From the NCBI RefSeq assembly GCF_000008465.1, contig NC_006512.1, forward strand, positions 180,001-212,000: a stretch of DNA of 32,000 nucleotides, in the 5' to 3' direction. The translations under genes and the position numbers were made by a program. Positions within the stretch are counted from its first letter, which is position 1; each line of letters begins with the position of its first letter. This document shows positions 17,751-25,089 of the stretch, one piece after another. The DNA is from Idiomarina loihiensis L2TR (GTDB lineage: Bacteria; Pseudomonadota; Gammaproteobacteria; Enterobacterales; Alteromonadaceae). The notes under the pieces are model-generated. The model saw nothing but the letters and a program-made list of their open reading frames with translations, was not told the DNA's origin and searched no databases.

Positions 17751-19547
17751 CTATTGCAGCAAATAGTCCGGTGTAAAGGTGAAGCAAACTTCCGTGCCGC
17801 CGCTTTCCAGTCTTGAGATTTTTATTTCACCACCAAGATTACGACTGCGTTCCTGCATAATGGCTAACCCGTAATGATTAACCTTCTCCGCATTCTCAGG
17901 TAAACCGATGCCATCGTCAGTAATTTTAAGTTCCACGTCCTGTCCACTGGGCTGCGATAGGCTAATGTGTACTTCGCTTCCCTGACTGTGGTTTACCGCA
18001 TTCTGACTGGCTTCACGAATAATTTGCAATAAATGGATTTCTTCGTGGGGCACCAGTGGAATATTATTAAGGCGATAATCCAGATGGACAACCATATTAC
18101 TTTGTTCGGTTAACTGCTTAACCGTCGTCTGTAATGCGCTGTAAAGTCCTGAACCATCTACTTTTAAGCGGAAGGTCGTGAGCAACTCCCGCAACTGCCG
18201 GTAGGCTGAGTTTAGGCCCTCTCTCAGCTCGTTACTGACATCATCTATCGTGGCGCGATCGTTCTTCTCAATCCCCTTGTGTAGCCGCGTAACCTGAATT
18301 TTTAAGTAGGACAAAGCCTGTGCCAGTGAGTCGTGCAGTTCACGGGCTATAACGGTACGCTCGTGCATTAACGCCAGCCGCCGCACTTGCTCTTCCTCAG
18401 ATTTCAGGCTTTGTGATAGAGCAAGCTGATCCGCTGTGGAACTCATCAATTGCTGTTGCCAGGTCGCCAGAGGCTGTCCTTGTTCGCAGCGAACAATTAA
18501 TACACCGTAGTTTTGATCTTCTCGTTTTAGCACAAAGCGATAAACCAGTTTGTCTTCTATTACCGAAGCACCAGGGCCTGCTTTAAGGCAGGTAGCGCAG
18601 TCACCGGCCTCACAGGGTTCGTGTGAACTGGGACGCGGTTGCAGTTGCAAAAACGGGCGGTTGCCTTCTTCCGTTAGCAGGCATAACTCAATGTCATTTA
18701 CTTCACCAATTTCGTAGAGCTTTTCAATAACTTGCTGGTAATTATTGTAGTCATAACTGTGCACGATAATGGAGCGGGCGGTATCGTACAGAAAGGACAA
18801 CACCTTGTTTTTGCGCGACAGTTCCTGAGTTTGCTGCTCTACCCGGCGTTCAAGACCACCGTAAAAGTAGCTGACGGTTTCCGACATCTTGTTCATTGTG
18901 CGGGAGAGCTGGCCTATTTCATCTTCGTTATCGATTTTTGACTTAGCGGTAAAGTCGCCCTGACCCAAACGTTTGGAAACCGCCAGCAGGTGTCGAAGCG
19001 GTTGGTTGATTTTTCGTTTTAGCACGGTAAGTAAAAAGAAAAATATGGCAACGATAAAAAATGAGGCTAAAGCCAGCGAGCTACGAACCGTCTCCATTCG
19101 TCTTTCTGAATGCTCTTGCAGCTGGCCAACCAGAGTGTCGAGCTGATTCACATAGTTGTCTATGGCGTTACTTTGTTGCTGGGAAAAGCGAGCAAAATCC
19201 TGCTCTGCTATTTCCGAGTGCACCCGCTGCCATTCGGTTCTAGCGTCTTTAGCTAGCTGTTGAATACTACCGCCGGCTTTTACGAAGTGACGATGAAGTA
19301 GAGGTTGTTCCCAGAGTGTATCTATTTCCTGCGCCGTTTCGCTGGCCTGAACTTTCTTGCCGCTAGATAGCTGCAGCGCAAACTTATAGGCTTTCATTCG
19401 GTGTGAGCCCGCAACGTTAATCAACTCCGCGTCCTGCTCTGATTTTTCCAAAAGCCAGAATGCAGAGAGAGAAGAGGCGCTGGCAACAATTACGATAAGC
19501 GCAAGCGATACTCTGAAGACATTAATTATAGAAGCGTTGCGTATCAT
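17751..19547 (-). CDS. narX: Nitrate/nitrite sensor histidine kinase, NarX/NarQ family
   Basis: It has a P-box-like INVAGSHRMKAYKFALQL after TM1, a HAMP domain, a central Cys-rich region (CEAGDCATCLKAGP), the H-box ARELHDSLAQALSYLKIQ and an HATPase domain. The longest ORF starts at TTG 19610. ATG 19547 (MIRNAS..) gives 598 aa and P-box spacing like E. coli NarX. The start codon is low confidence. Confidence 0.8.
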   Translation of the reverse strand: MIRNASIINVFRVSLALIVIVASASSLSAFWLLEKSEQDAELINVAGSHRMKAYKFALQLSSGKKVQASETAQEIDTLWEQPLLHRHFVKAGGSIQQLAKDARTEWQRVHSEIAEQDFARFSQQQSNAIDNYVNQLDTLVGQLQEHSERRMETVRSSLALASFFIVAIFFFLLTVLKRKINQPLRHLLAVSKRLGQGDFTAKSKIDNEDEIGQLSRTMNKMSETVSYFYGGLERRVEQQTQELSRKNKVLSFLYDTARSIIVHSYDYNNYQQVIEKLYEIGEVNDIELCLLTEEGNRPFLQLQPRPSSHEPCEAGDCATCLKAGPGASVIEDKLVYRFVLKREDQNYGVLIVRCEQGQPLATWQQQLMSSTADQLALSQSLKSEEEQVRRLALMHERTVIARELHDSLAQALSYLKIQVTRLHKGIEKNDRATIDDVSNELREGLNSAYRQLRELLTTFRLKVDGSGLYSALQTTVKQLTEQSNMVVHLDYRLNNIPLVPHEEIHLLQIIREASQNAVNHSQGSEVHISLSQPSGQDVELKITDDGIGLPENAEKVNHYGLAIMQERSRNLGGEIKISRLESGGTEVCFTFTPDYLLQ

Positions 19548-19621
19548 TCCGGGCGACGTCCTGAGTGAAAGTTCCGGTACATGATATAGCATTTCGAAAG
19601 AGGGGAACAAATAAGTGCGGA

Positions 19622-19897
19622 TTAATTCATCAGTTTATTGCGGTGAAGAACTTTCTCGGTTCGGCGCGCTAACTTCTCCATAAAAACTAAGTCCGCTAAG
19701 GTTGGTTCTGCCAGTTCGTTGTCCAGGTCGGCCTGCCATTGGCTGACTTCAGCATCCAGCATTTCCATCATTTTTTTAGAGCAGCCACGACAAATACCCT
19801 GGCACATATCGGCTTCTTTTAAGCCAAAAGGGATGTGCTTACGAATGACATCGAGTAATTGATACATCGCGGTTTTGGTATCGGGTTTGCGGCTCAT
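19622..19897 (-). CDS. Hypothetical 91 aa protein with a C-x3-C-x2-C motif
   Basis: A strong GGAGG RBS sits 4 nt before ATG 19895-19897. The ORF fits tightly between the norB terminator and narX. The sequence MCQGICRGCSKKMMEML is followed by an acidic helix. I do not recognise the family with confidence. Confidence 0.5.
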   Translation of the reverse strand: MSRKPDTKTAMYQLLDVIRKHIPFGLKEADMCQGICRGCSKKMMEMLDAEVSQWQADLDNELAEPTLADLVFMEKLARRTEKVLHRNKLMN

Positions 19898-19920
19898 ACG
19901 TCCTCCAGTAAACGCCTCAC

Positions 19921-19960
19921 AAAAGAAAGCCAGGCTTCTGCAACGATTGCAGAAGCCTGG
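19921..19960 (-). terminator. Rho-independent terminator after norB
   Basis: A 12 bp perfect GC-rich stem CCAGGCTTCTGC (19930-19941) / GCAGAAGCCTGG (19949-19960) with a 7 nt loop. On the minus strand it is followed by CTTTCTTTT. It starts 12 nt after the norB stop. Confidence 0.7.
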
Positions 19961-19971
19961 TTTATTAAGGG

Positions 19972-22212
19972 TTAATCAGACTTATGCTTTAAGCCTTTTA
20001 CAACTTGCCAGCTAATACCTAACGCACCGACGATGAAGACCATGTCGCCAAGGGTACGGAACCAGCGTAGGTTCTGTAATAGAGGTTGCTGCATAAAGGC
20101 TTCACTGCGCGCATACCACAAGCCTTCGCTGGCAGCGGCGTAAAACTGAATGAAGCCGACAGGCAATAAGCTGGTGAAGAGCATTAGTGCTAAGCCAATG
20201 TTCATGGTCCAGAACGCCATTTTCATCAGTTTTTCGTCGAATTGCAGGTTCGGACGAATGTAGCGCAGAATCAACAGCACGAAACCAAGCGCCAGGAAAC
20301 CGTACACACCAAACAAAGCTGCGTGTGCGTGAGTTGGCGTAGTGTTCAAGCCTTGCACATAGTACAGCGAAATAGGTGGGTTGATCATAAAACCGAGTAC
20401 ACCTGCGCCCAGCATGTTCCAGAAGGCAACTGCAACGAAGCATAGTAATGGCCACTTAATGCGTTGCATCCAGGTTGCGCGTTTTTGCAGGCTGTAGTTT
20501 TCCCAGGCTTCGTAGCCCAGTACGATAAGCGGTACCACTTCTAACGCTGAGAAAGTAGCGCCCACGGCCATAACTGGCGTGGTTGTGCCGGCAAAGTACA
20601 AGTGGTGGAAAGTACCTGGCACACCACCCAGCATGAACAGTGACGCAGATGCTAACGCAGCCACGGTTGCCATGCGGCGGGAAACTAAGCCCATGCTGTG
20701 GAAAATGAAGGCCAGTGACGCCGTTGCGAACACTTCGAAGAAACCTTCTACCCACAGGTGAACAATCCACCAGCGCCAATATTCCATGATAGAAATGTGA
20801 GTACGTTCGCCGTAGAAGAAGCCAGCGCCATAGAATAGGCCAATGGCAACAACTGAAGCGGTAAATAATGCCAGTAAGTTCTTATCGCCTTTGACTTTGA
20901 ATGCACCGACAACACAACGCATCATCAGTACCAGCCAGAAAACGATACCGAGGAACTTACCAATTTGCCATAAGCGACCTAAGTCGACGTATTCGTAGCC
21001 CTGGTGACCTAACCAGAAGTTAAGGTGCTCCGGCATAATTTGCGCAATGGCTAACCAGTTACCGATAAAGGTACCAGCAACAACTAACACCAGTGCCCAG
21101 AACAGGATATCGACACCCAGTTTCTGATATTTAGGATCTTTACCGCCATTAATAATTGGGGCAAGGAATAAACCAGCAGCCAGGAACCCGGTGGCAATCC
21201 AGAACATAGCGGCCTGAATGTGCCAGGTACGGGTTAAAGAGTAGGGGAACCACTCTGAAATATTAATGCCGTAGAATTCCTGTCCTTCGACTGTGTAGTG
21301 TGCGGTTAAGCCACCCAGTAAAACTTGTAGCGAGAACAACGCAACCACAATAAACAGGTATTTACCTAAGGCTTTTTGTGACGGCGTGAGCTTAATTTTG
21401 GCTATGGGGTCATGCTCTGGAGCAACAGGGTCTTCTTCGTCGTGTTGACGTAAAAACGCCCATGCCCAGATTAAGAAGCCAACACCGGCAATTAAGAGAA
21501 TAACACTGACAATTGACCAGATAATATTTTCCGCGCTAGGCACGTTATCTATCAAGGTTTCATGTGGCCAGTTGTTGGTATAAGTAATATCTGAGTCAAA
21601 ACGTTCTGTCGACGCGGCCCATGCTGTCCAGAAGAAAAAGTCGTTCATTACCGCACGACGTGCTTCTGAAGGAAGCGTATTTTCTTTCATGGCGTAGTTA
21701 ACGCGGGTAGGGCGTAGCTCCGGATCATCGCTGAACAGTTTTGAGTAATACTCGCCGGTTTGCTCAATGGCCTGAATGCGTCGTTCGCTTAGAATAACGG
21801 TATCTGAAGCTTTATCGTAAGTATTGGTCCGATACTCTTCTTTTAGCTCGTACTCTAGTTGGTTTTGCTGCGAGCCCGCTAGCTGTTCGTAGGGTTTACC
21901 AAAGACTTCGTTGGCGCGAATGTCCAGCCAGGCCAGAAGTTCGCGGTGTAGCCAGTCAGCTGTCCAGTCGGGCGCCTGATAAGCACCGTGCCCCCAAATT
22001 GACCCCAGTTGCATGCCACCAACAGACTGCCAGGCGGTTTGCCCGTCTAAAACAGACTCTTCGGTTGCAATGACTTTGCCATTGGTACTCATGAACTTAT
22101 CCGGAATAGGCGGAGCTTCCCGGTAAACTTCCGTTCCAAAATACCCTAAAAGTCCAAAGGTAATTGCGAGAACCGCAATTAACGTCCACCAAAGCTTACG
22201 ATAACCGGCCAT
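19972..22212 (-). CDS. norB: Quinol-dependent nitric oxide reductase (qNor, single-subunit NorB/NorZ)
   Basis: 746 aa. An N-terminal TM helix and periplasmic extension (about 200 aa) are fused to a heme-copper oxidase-like 12-TM core with conserved His (HLWVEGFFE, HHLYF, HAHAALFGVYG). The length is typical of qNor rather than cNor. There is a GGAGG RBS. Confidence 0.88.
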   Translation of the reverse strand: MAGYRKLWWTLIAVLAITFGLLGYFGTEVYREAPPIPDKFMSTNGKVIATEESVLDGQTAWQSVGGMQLGSIWGHGAYQAPDWTADWLHRELLAWLDIRANEVFGKPYEQLAGSQQNQLEYELKEEYRTNTYDKASDTVILSERRIQAIEQTGEYYSKLFSDDPELRPTRVNYAMKENTLPSEARRAVMNDFFFWTAWAASTERFDSDITYTNNWPHETLIDNVPSAENIIWSIVSVILLIAGVGFLIWAWAFLRQHDEEDPVAPEHDPIAKIKLTPSQKALGKYLFIVVALFSLQVLLGGLTAHYTVEGQEFYGINISEWFPYSLTRTWHIQAAMFWIATGFLAAGLFLAPIINGGKDPKYQKLGVDILFWALVLVVAGTFIGNWLAIAQIMPEHLNFWLGHQGYEYVDLGRLWQIGKFLGIVFWLVLMMRCVVGAFKVKGDKNLLALFTASVVAIGLFYGAGFFYGERTHISIMEYWRWWIVHLWVEGFFEVFATASLAFIFHSMGLVSRRMATVAALASASLFMLGGVPGTFHHLYFAGTTTPVMAVGATFSALEVVPLIVLGYEAWENYSLQKRATWMQRIKWPLLCFVAVAFWNMLGAGVLGFMINPPISLYYVQGLNTTPTHAHAALFGVYGFLALGFVLLILRYIRPNLQFDEKLMKMAFWTMNIGLALMLFTSLLPVGFIQFYAAASEGLWYARSEAFMQQPLLQNLRWFRTLGDMVFIVGALGISWQVVKGLKHKSD

Positions 22213-22305
22213 AATTGACCTCCTTGATGCTGAACAGCTTCATATTGTTACTCCATAGATTTATGAGCAGAGAATTTTTATTAATTCGCTATGCATTTAC
22301 CTAAG

Positions 22306-22321
22306 TGCAATATTGAGGCCA
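22306..22321 (-). promoter_or_regulatory. Candidate sigma54 (-24/-12) promoter for norB
   Basis: The minus strand reads TGGCCTCAATATTGCA. GG and GC are spaced exactly as in TGGCAC-N5-TTGCA, and the -12 TTGCA is perfect. It stands out in an otherwise very AT-rich spacer. The implied TSS near 22295 gives a leader of about 83 nt. Confidence 0.45.
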
Positions 22322-22326
22322 TATTT

Positions 22327-22339
22327 TAATTTATTGATA
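22327..22339. promoter_or_regulatory. IHF core-like sequence (TAATTTATTGATA = complement of WATCAA-N4-TTR)
   Basis: It matches the core consensus and lies between the sigma54 element and the GGT-N7-AC boxes. The information content is low in AT-rich DNA. Confidence 0.2.
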
Positions 22340-22362
22340 AATAAGGAATTTAATTTTAAAAG

Positions 22363-22435
22363 GGTATTTATGACTTAAGTTTATTAGGTTGTTTTTACTT
22401 TTATGGTTAAAAGTACCCTAAAGGTTATTTCTACC
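22363..22435. promoter_or_regulatory. Array of four GGT-N7-AC(C/T) boxes (NorR-box-like upstream activating sequence)
   Basis: The boxes are GGTATTTATGACT (22363-22375), GGTTGTTTTTACT (22387-22399), GGTTAAAAGTACC (22405-22417) and GGTTATTTCTACC (22423-22435). Their starts are spaced 24, 18 and 18 bp apart. Their centres fall at about -74 to -134 relative to the sigma54-derived TSS. Confidence 0.45.
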
Positions 22436-22447
22436 CTTTAATGGGTA
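22432..22447. promoter_or_regulatory. NarL-like 7-2-7 palindrome TACCCTT-TA-ATGGGTA
   Basis: 13/14 match to TACYYMT-NN-AKRRGTA. It overlaps the fourth GGT-N7-ACC box, so the assignment is ambiguous. It lies between norB and nrdG, about 57 bp upstream of the nrdG FNR box centre. Confidence 0.3.
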
Positions 22448-22489
22448 TCTCTTTAAGGCTCCTGTCATTTCTTTCTTCTCGCTTAAATC

Positions 22490-22503
22490 TTGAGCGGGAT
22501 CAA
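22490..22503. promoter_or_regulatory. FNR box TTGAGCGGGATCAA upstream of nrdGD
   Basis: 9/10 match to the consensus. A TATGCT hexamer at 22525-22530 would place the TSS near 22537-22538, putting the box at about -41.5. Confidence 0.55.
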
Positions 22504-22533
22504 TGCGCCCGAAACAGACTTAACTATGCTGAA

Positions 22534-22549
22534 GCACAATATGTAGTGA
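22534..22549. promoter_or_regulatory. NrdR box 1 (GCACAATATGTAGTGA)
   Basis: It resembles the NrdR palindrome acaCwAtATaTwGtgt and overlaps the predicted nrdG TSS. Confidence 0.55.
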
Positions 22550-22564
22550 TTATTTTTAAATTAA

Positions 22565-22580
22565 TAACAATATATGGTGT
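22565..22580. promoter_or_regulatory. NrdR box 2 (TAACAATATATGGTGT)
   Basis: This is a second NrdR-like palindrome, 31 bp centre to centre from box 1. That is the typical tandem spacing. It ends 3 nt before the nrdG ATG. Confidence 0.55.
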
Positions 22581-22583
22581 TTT

Positions 22584-23057
22584 ATGCCGGTTTCCCCTAC
22601 AAGCCTACATTACAGTGCGGAGCAAGTTGTCTGGCAAGAAGTGCCGGGAGAAGTTGCCTTAGCCTACACCATTACCGGCTGTCCGGTTGGCTGTAAAGGC
22701 TGCCACAGTGTGGATAGCTGGCCGGTGGGAAGCGGGTCGCCTTTAACGCAGGAACATCTGGCACAGCAGCTGCAAAAATACCGTGGGTTAATAACCTGTG
22801 TTTTATTTCTGGGCGGTGAATGGCAGCCCACAGCACTACTGAAACTATTAAAGCAAGTACGAAACGAAGGGCTGGAGACCTGCCTGTATACAGGCTATGA
22901 AAGCGTCTCTATATCCCTTCGCGAACAACTGACTTACTTAAAAACCGGGCCGTGGATTGCTGCCCGGGGCGGGCTGGAAAGCCCAACCACCAACCAACGC
23001 TTTTATGATTTACGGACCCGGCAGTTATTGAACTGCAAGTTTCAAACAGGAGAATAA
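22584..23057 (+). CDS. nrdG: Anaerobic ribonucleotide reductase activating radical-SAM protein
   Basis: 157 aa with the radical-SAM cluster motif CPVGCKGC. The size and layout are those of small NrdG activases. It stops 2 nt before nrdD. Confidence 0.8.
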   Translation: MPVSPTSLHYSAEQVVWQEVPGEVALAYTITGCPVGCKGCHSVDSWPVGSGSPLTQEHLAQQLQKYRGLITCVLFLGGEWQPTALLKLLKQVRNEGLETCLYTGYESVSISLREQLTYLKTGPWIAARGGLESPTTNQRFYDLRTRQLLNCKFQTGE

Positions 23058-23059
23058 TT

Positions 23060-24898
23060 ATGTTGCGCTTAAACGAGGAACAAGTCACTGGCAAAGTCGA
23101 TTTCATTCACGAGTATCTGCATGCTCAAAACGCGGCCGATGGCTCGAAAATGGATGCCAACGCCAATGTCACACAAAAGAATATAGCAACGCTTGAAGCC
23201 GAGTTAATGAAAGACTTTTTTGTGCAGGTTAACCGTAAGCAAGTCAGCAATAAAATCAGTGAGCTTTTTGGTAACGAGCTGGCAAAAGAATACGTTCGTC
23301 AAATTGAAGACCATGAAATTTACGTGCATGACGAAACCAGCCTTAAACCTTACTGTGTTTCGGTCACTATGTACCCGTTCTTACGTGATGGCTTAACCAA
23401 GCTGGGCGGTGAATCTCAGGCACCCAAGCACCTGGAATCGTTTTGCGGCACCTTTGTTAACTTTGTTTTTGCGGTGAGCTCGCAGTTTGCCGGAGCCGTT
23501 GCCACGGTCGAGTTCTTAACTTACTTTGATTACTTTGCCCGTAAAGACTACGGCGACGATTATTTAAATACCCATCGTCACCAGATTGAAAACCATCTGC
23601 AGCACGTGGTGTATGCGCTGAATCAGCCTGCGGCAGCACGCGGCTACCAGAGTGTGTTCTGGAATATCTCTATTTACGACCAGCATTACTTTGACAGTAT
23701 GTTTGGTGAGTTTGTTTTCCCTGCGGACTTCACTAAACCAGAGTGGAACTCGGTGAGTGCACTACAGGACTTCTTCCTGGATTGGTTTAATAAGGAAAGG
23801 GAAAAAACGATATTGACCTTCCCGGTGGTGACGGTTGCTATGCTGACCAACGAGGGAGAATGCAAAGATCAGTTGTTTGCCGAAAAAATCGCCGGGGAAA
23901 TGGCAAATGGCAATTCCTTTTTTGTTTATTTGTCTGACAATGCCGACTCGTTAGCCTCCTGTTGCCGACTACGCAGCGAAATTAGCGACAATACCTTTTC
24001 TTATACCCTGGGTGCGGGTGGTGTCGCTACAGGCTCTATTAATGTCATTACCATGAACATGAACCGTTTGGTGCAGGATGGCAGAGATTTAGAGGAAGAA
24101 GTCAGCAAAATTCACAAATATCAGGTGGCTTACAGAAAGTTGATGGAAGAATACAAGAAAGCGGGCTTATTAACCGTGTACGACGCGGGCTTTATTACCC
24201 TGGACAAGCAGTTTTTGACTATTGGTATTAACGGCATGGTTGAAGCGGCTGAATCTCAGGGCATTACTGCGGGAAACAACGAGGCCTATAAAGACTTTGT
24301 GCAAAGCCATCTAAAAGTGATTTATGACGCAAACAAGGCCGCTAAAAAAGAATACGGATATATGTTTAACACCGAGTTTGTGCCCGCAGAAAACCTGGGT
24401 GTGAAGAACGCCAAGTGGGACCGATCTGACGGTTATAAAGTGAGCCGTGACTGCTACAACTCCTACTTTTATGCCGTAGAAGACGAAGATGCCAATGCGC
24501 TGGATAAACTGGTTCTTCACGGAAAAGAATTGATTGAATACCTGGATGGCGGTTCGGCATTGCATTTGAACCTTGATGAAAAGCTCAACACCTCAGGCTA
24601 TTTGTCGTTACTCAATATTGCCGCGAAAACGGGCTGTAATTACTTCTGCATTAACGTCAAAATTACCATTTGTAACGCCTGCGAGCAGATTGATAAACGC
24701 ACCTTAAGCGAATGTTCCAGCTGTGGCTCTGAGGACATTGACTACGGAACCCGGGTTATTGGTTACTTAAAACGAGTGTCTGCTTTTAGTGCAGGCCGTC
24801 GAAAAGAGCACCATTTGCGTCATTATCATCGCAAGCAGCCAGCCGAGGTTGCTGTGGGTGCGGCACAATCCAATAGGGTATTTCGCCGAGCAAGCTAA
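23060..24898 (+). CDS. nrdD: Class III (anaerobic) ribonucleoside-triphosphate reductase, short form without an N-terminal ATP-cone
   Basis: 612 aa. The C-terminus has a Zn-ribbon (CNACEQ...CSSCGS) followed by the glycyl-radical motif TRVIGYL. AGGAGA RBS. The length is like T4-type NrdD (about 605 aa) rather than the ~710 aa E. coli form. Confidence 0.85.
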   Translation: MLRLNEEQVTGKVDFIHEYLHAQNAADGSKMDANANVTQKNIATLEAELMKDFFVQVNRKQVSNKISELFGNELAKEYVRQIEDHEIYVHDETSLKPYCVSVTMYPFLRDGLTKLGGESQAPKHLESFCGTFVNFVFAVSSQFAGAVATVEFLTYFDYFARKDYGDDYLNTHRHQIENHLQHVVYALNQPAAARGYQSVFWNISIYDQHYFDSMFGEFVFPADFTKPEWNSVSALQDFFLDWFNKEREKTILTFPVVTVAMLTNEGECKDQLFAEKIAGEMANGNSFFVYLSDNADSLASCCRLRSEISDNTFSYTLGAGGVATGSINVITMNMNRLVQDGRDLEEEVSKIHKYQVAYRKLMEEYKKAGLLTVYDAGFITLDKQFLTIGINGMVEAAESQGITAGNNEAYKDFVQSHLKVIYDANKAAKKEYGYMFNTEFVPAENLGVKNAKWDRSDGYKVSRDCYNSYFYAVEDEDANALDKLVLHGKELIEYLDGGSALHLNLDEKLNTSGYLSLLNIAAKTGCNYFCINVKITICNACEQIDKRTLSECSSCGSEDIDYGTRVIGYLKRVSAFSAGRRKEHHLRHYHRKQPAEVAVGAAQSNRVFRRAS

Positions 24899-24917
24899 AG
24901 TGGCACAAAATGATTAC

Positions 24918-24946
24918 AGAGAGGGATGAGTTTTCCCTCTTTCTGT
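24918..24946 (+). terminator. Possible intrinsic terminator after nrdD
   Basis: The stem AGAGGGA (24920-24926) / TCCCTCT (24934-24940) has a 7 nt loop and can be extended by A-U and G-U pairs. It is followed by TTCTGT, a short and weak U tract. Confidence 0.4.
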
Positions 24947-25089
24947 AGCTCTCAGAATTCGAGTTTTGTGGTAATCTCCGCGCGAAAATTCCTGCCGGAA
25001 TAATCAACCACTTTCATTCTTAACCACCAACCAACAAGGAGAGTTGGTGCAGTTTATCTTTGGGTTCTGAACTGCACTGAAAAAACGCT

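Noticed and set aside
20102-20779. Antisense or alternative-frame ORFs of 60-118 aa inside norB. Similar ones occur inside the MMPL gene, the MCP gene, E1, gcdH, trhP, narL, narX, nrdD, nhaD, ubiU and ubiV.
   Set aside because: All are nested within long ORFs that have strong family signatures. They lack RBS motifs and show the biased composition expected from off-frame translation.
22291-22311. An NsrR-like sequence ATGCATTTACCTAAGTGCAAT in the norB leader.
   Set aside because: Only the left half (ATGCATTT) matches the remembered AAGATGCATTT-N-AAATGCATCTT palindrome. The right half is poor and wrongly spaced. It may be a single half-site at best, and it overlaps the predicted sigma54 TSS region.
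22441-22662. A 73 aa ORF spanning the nrdG promoter and start.
   Set aside because: It overlaps the FNR and NrdR boxes and the nrdG 5' end in another frame. It has no RBS, and the AT-rich DNA gives a spurious open frame.
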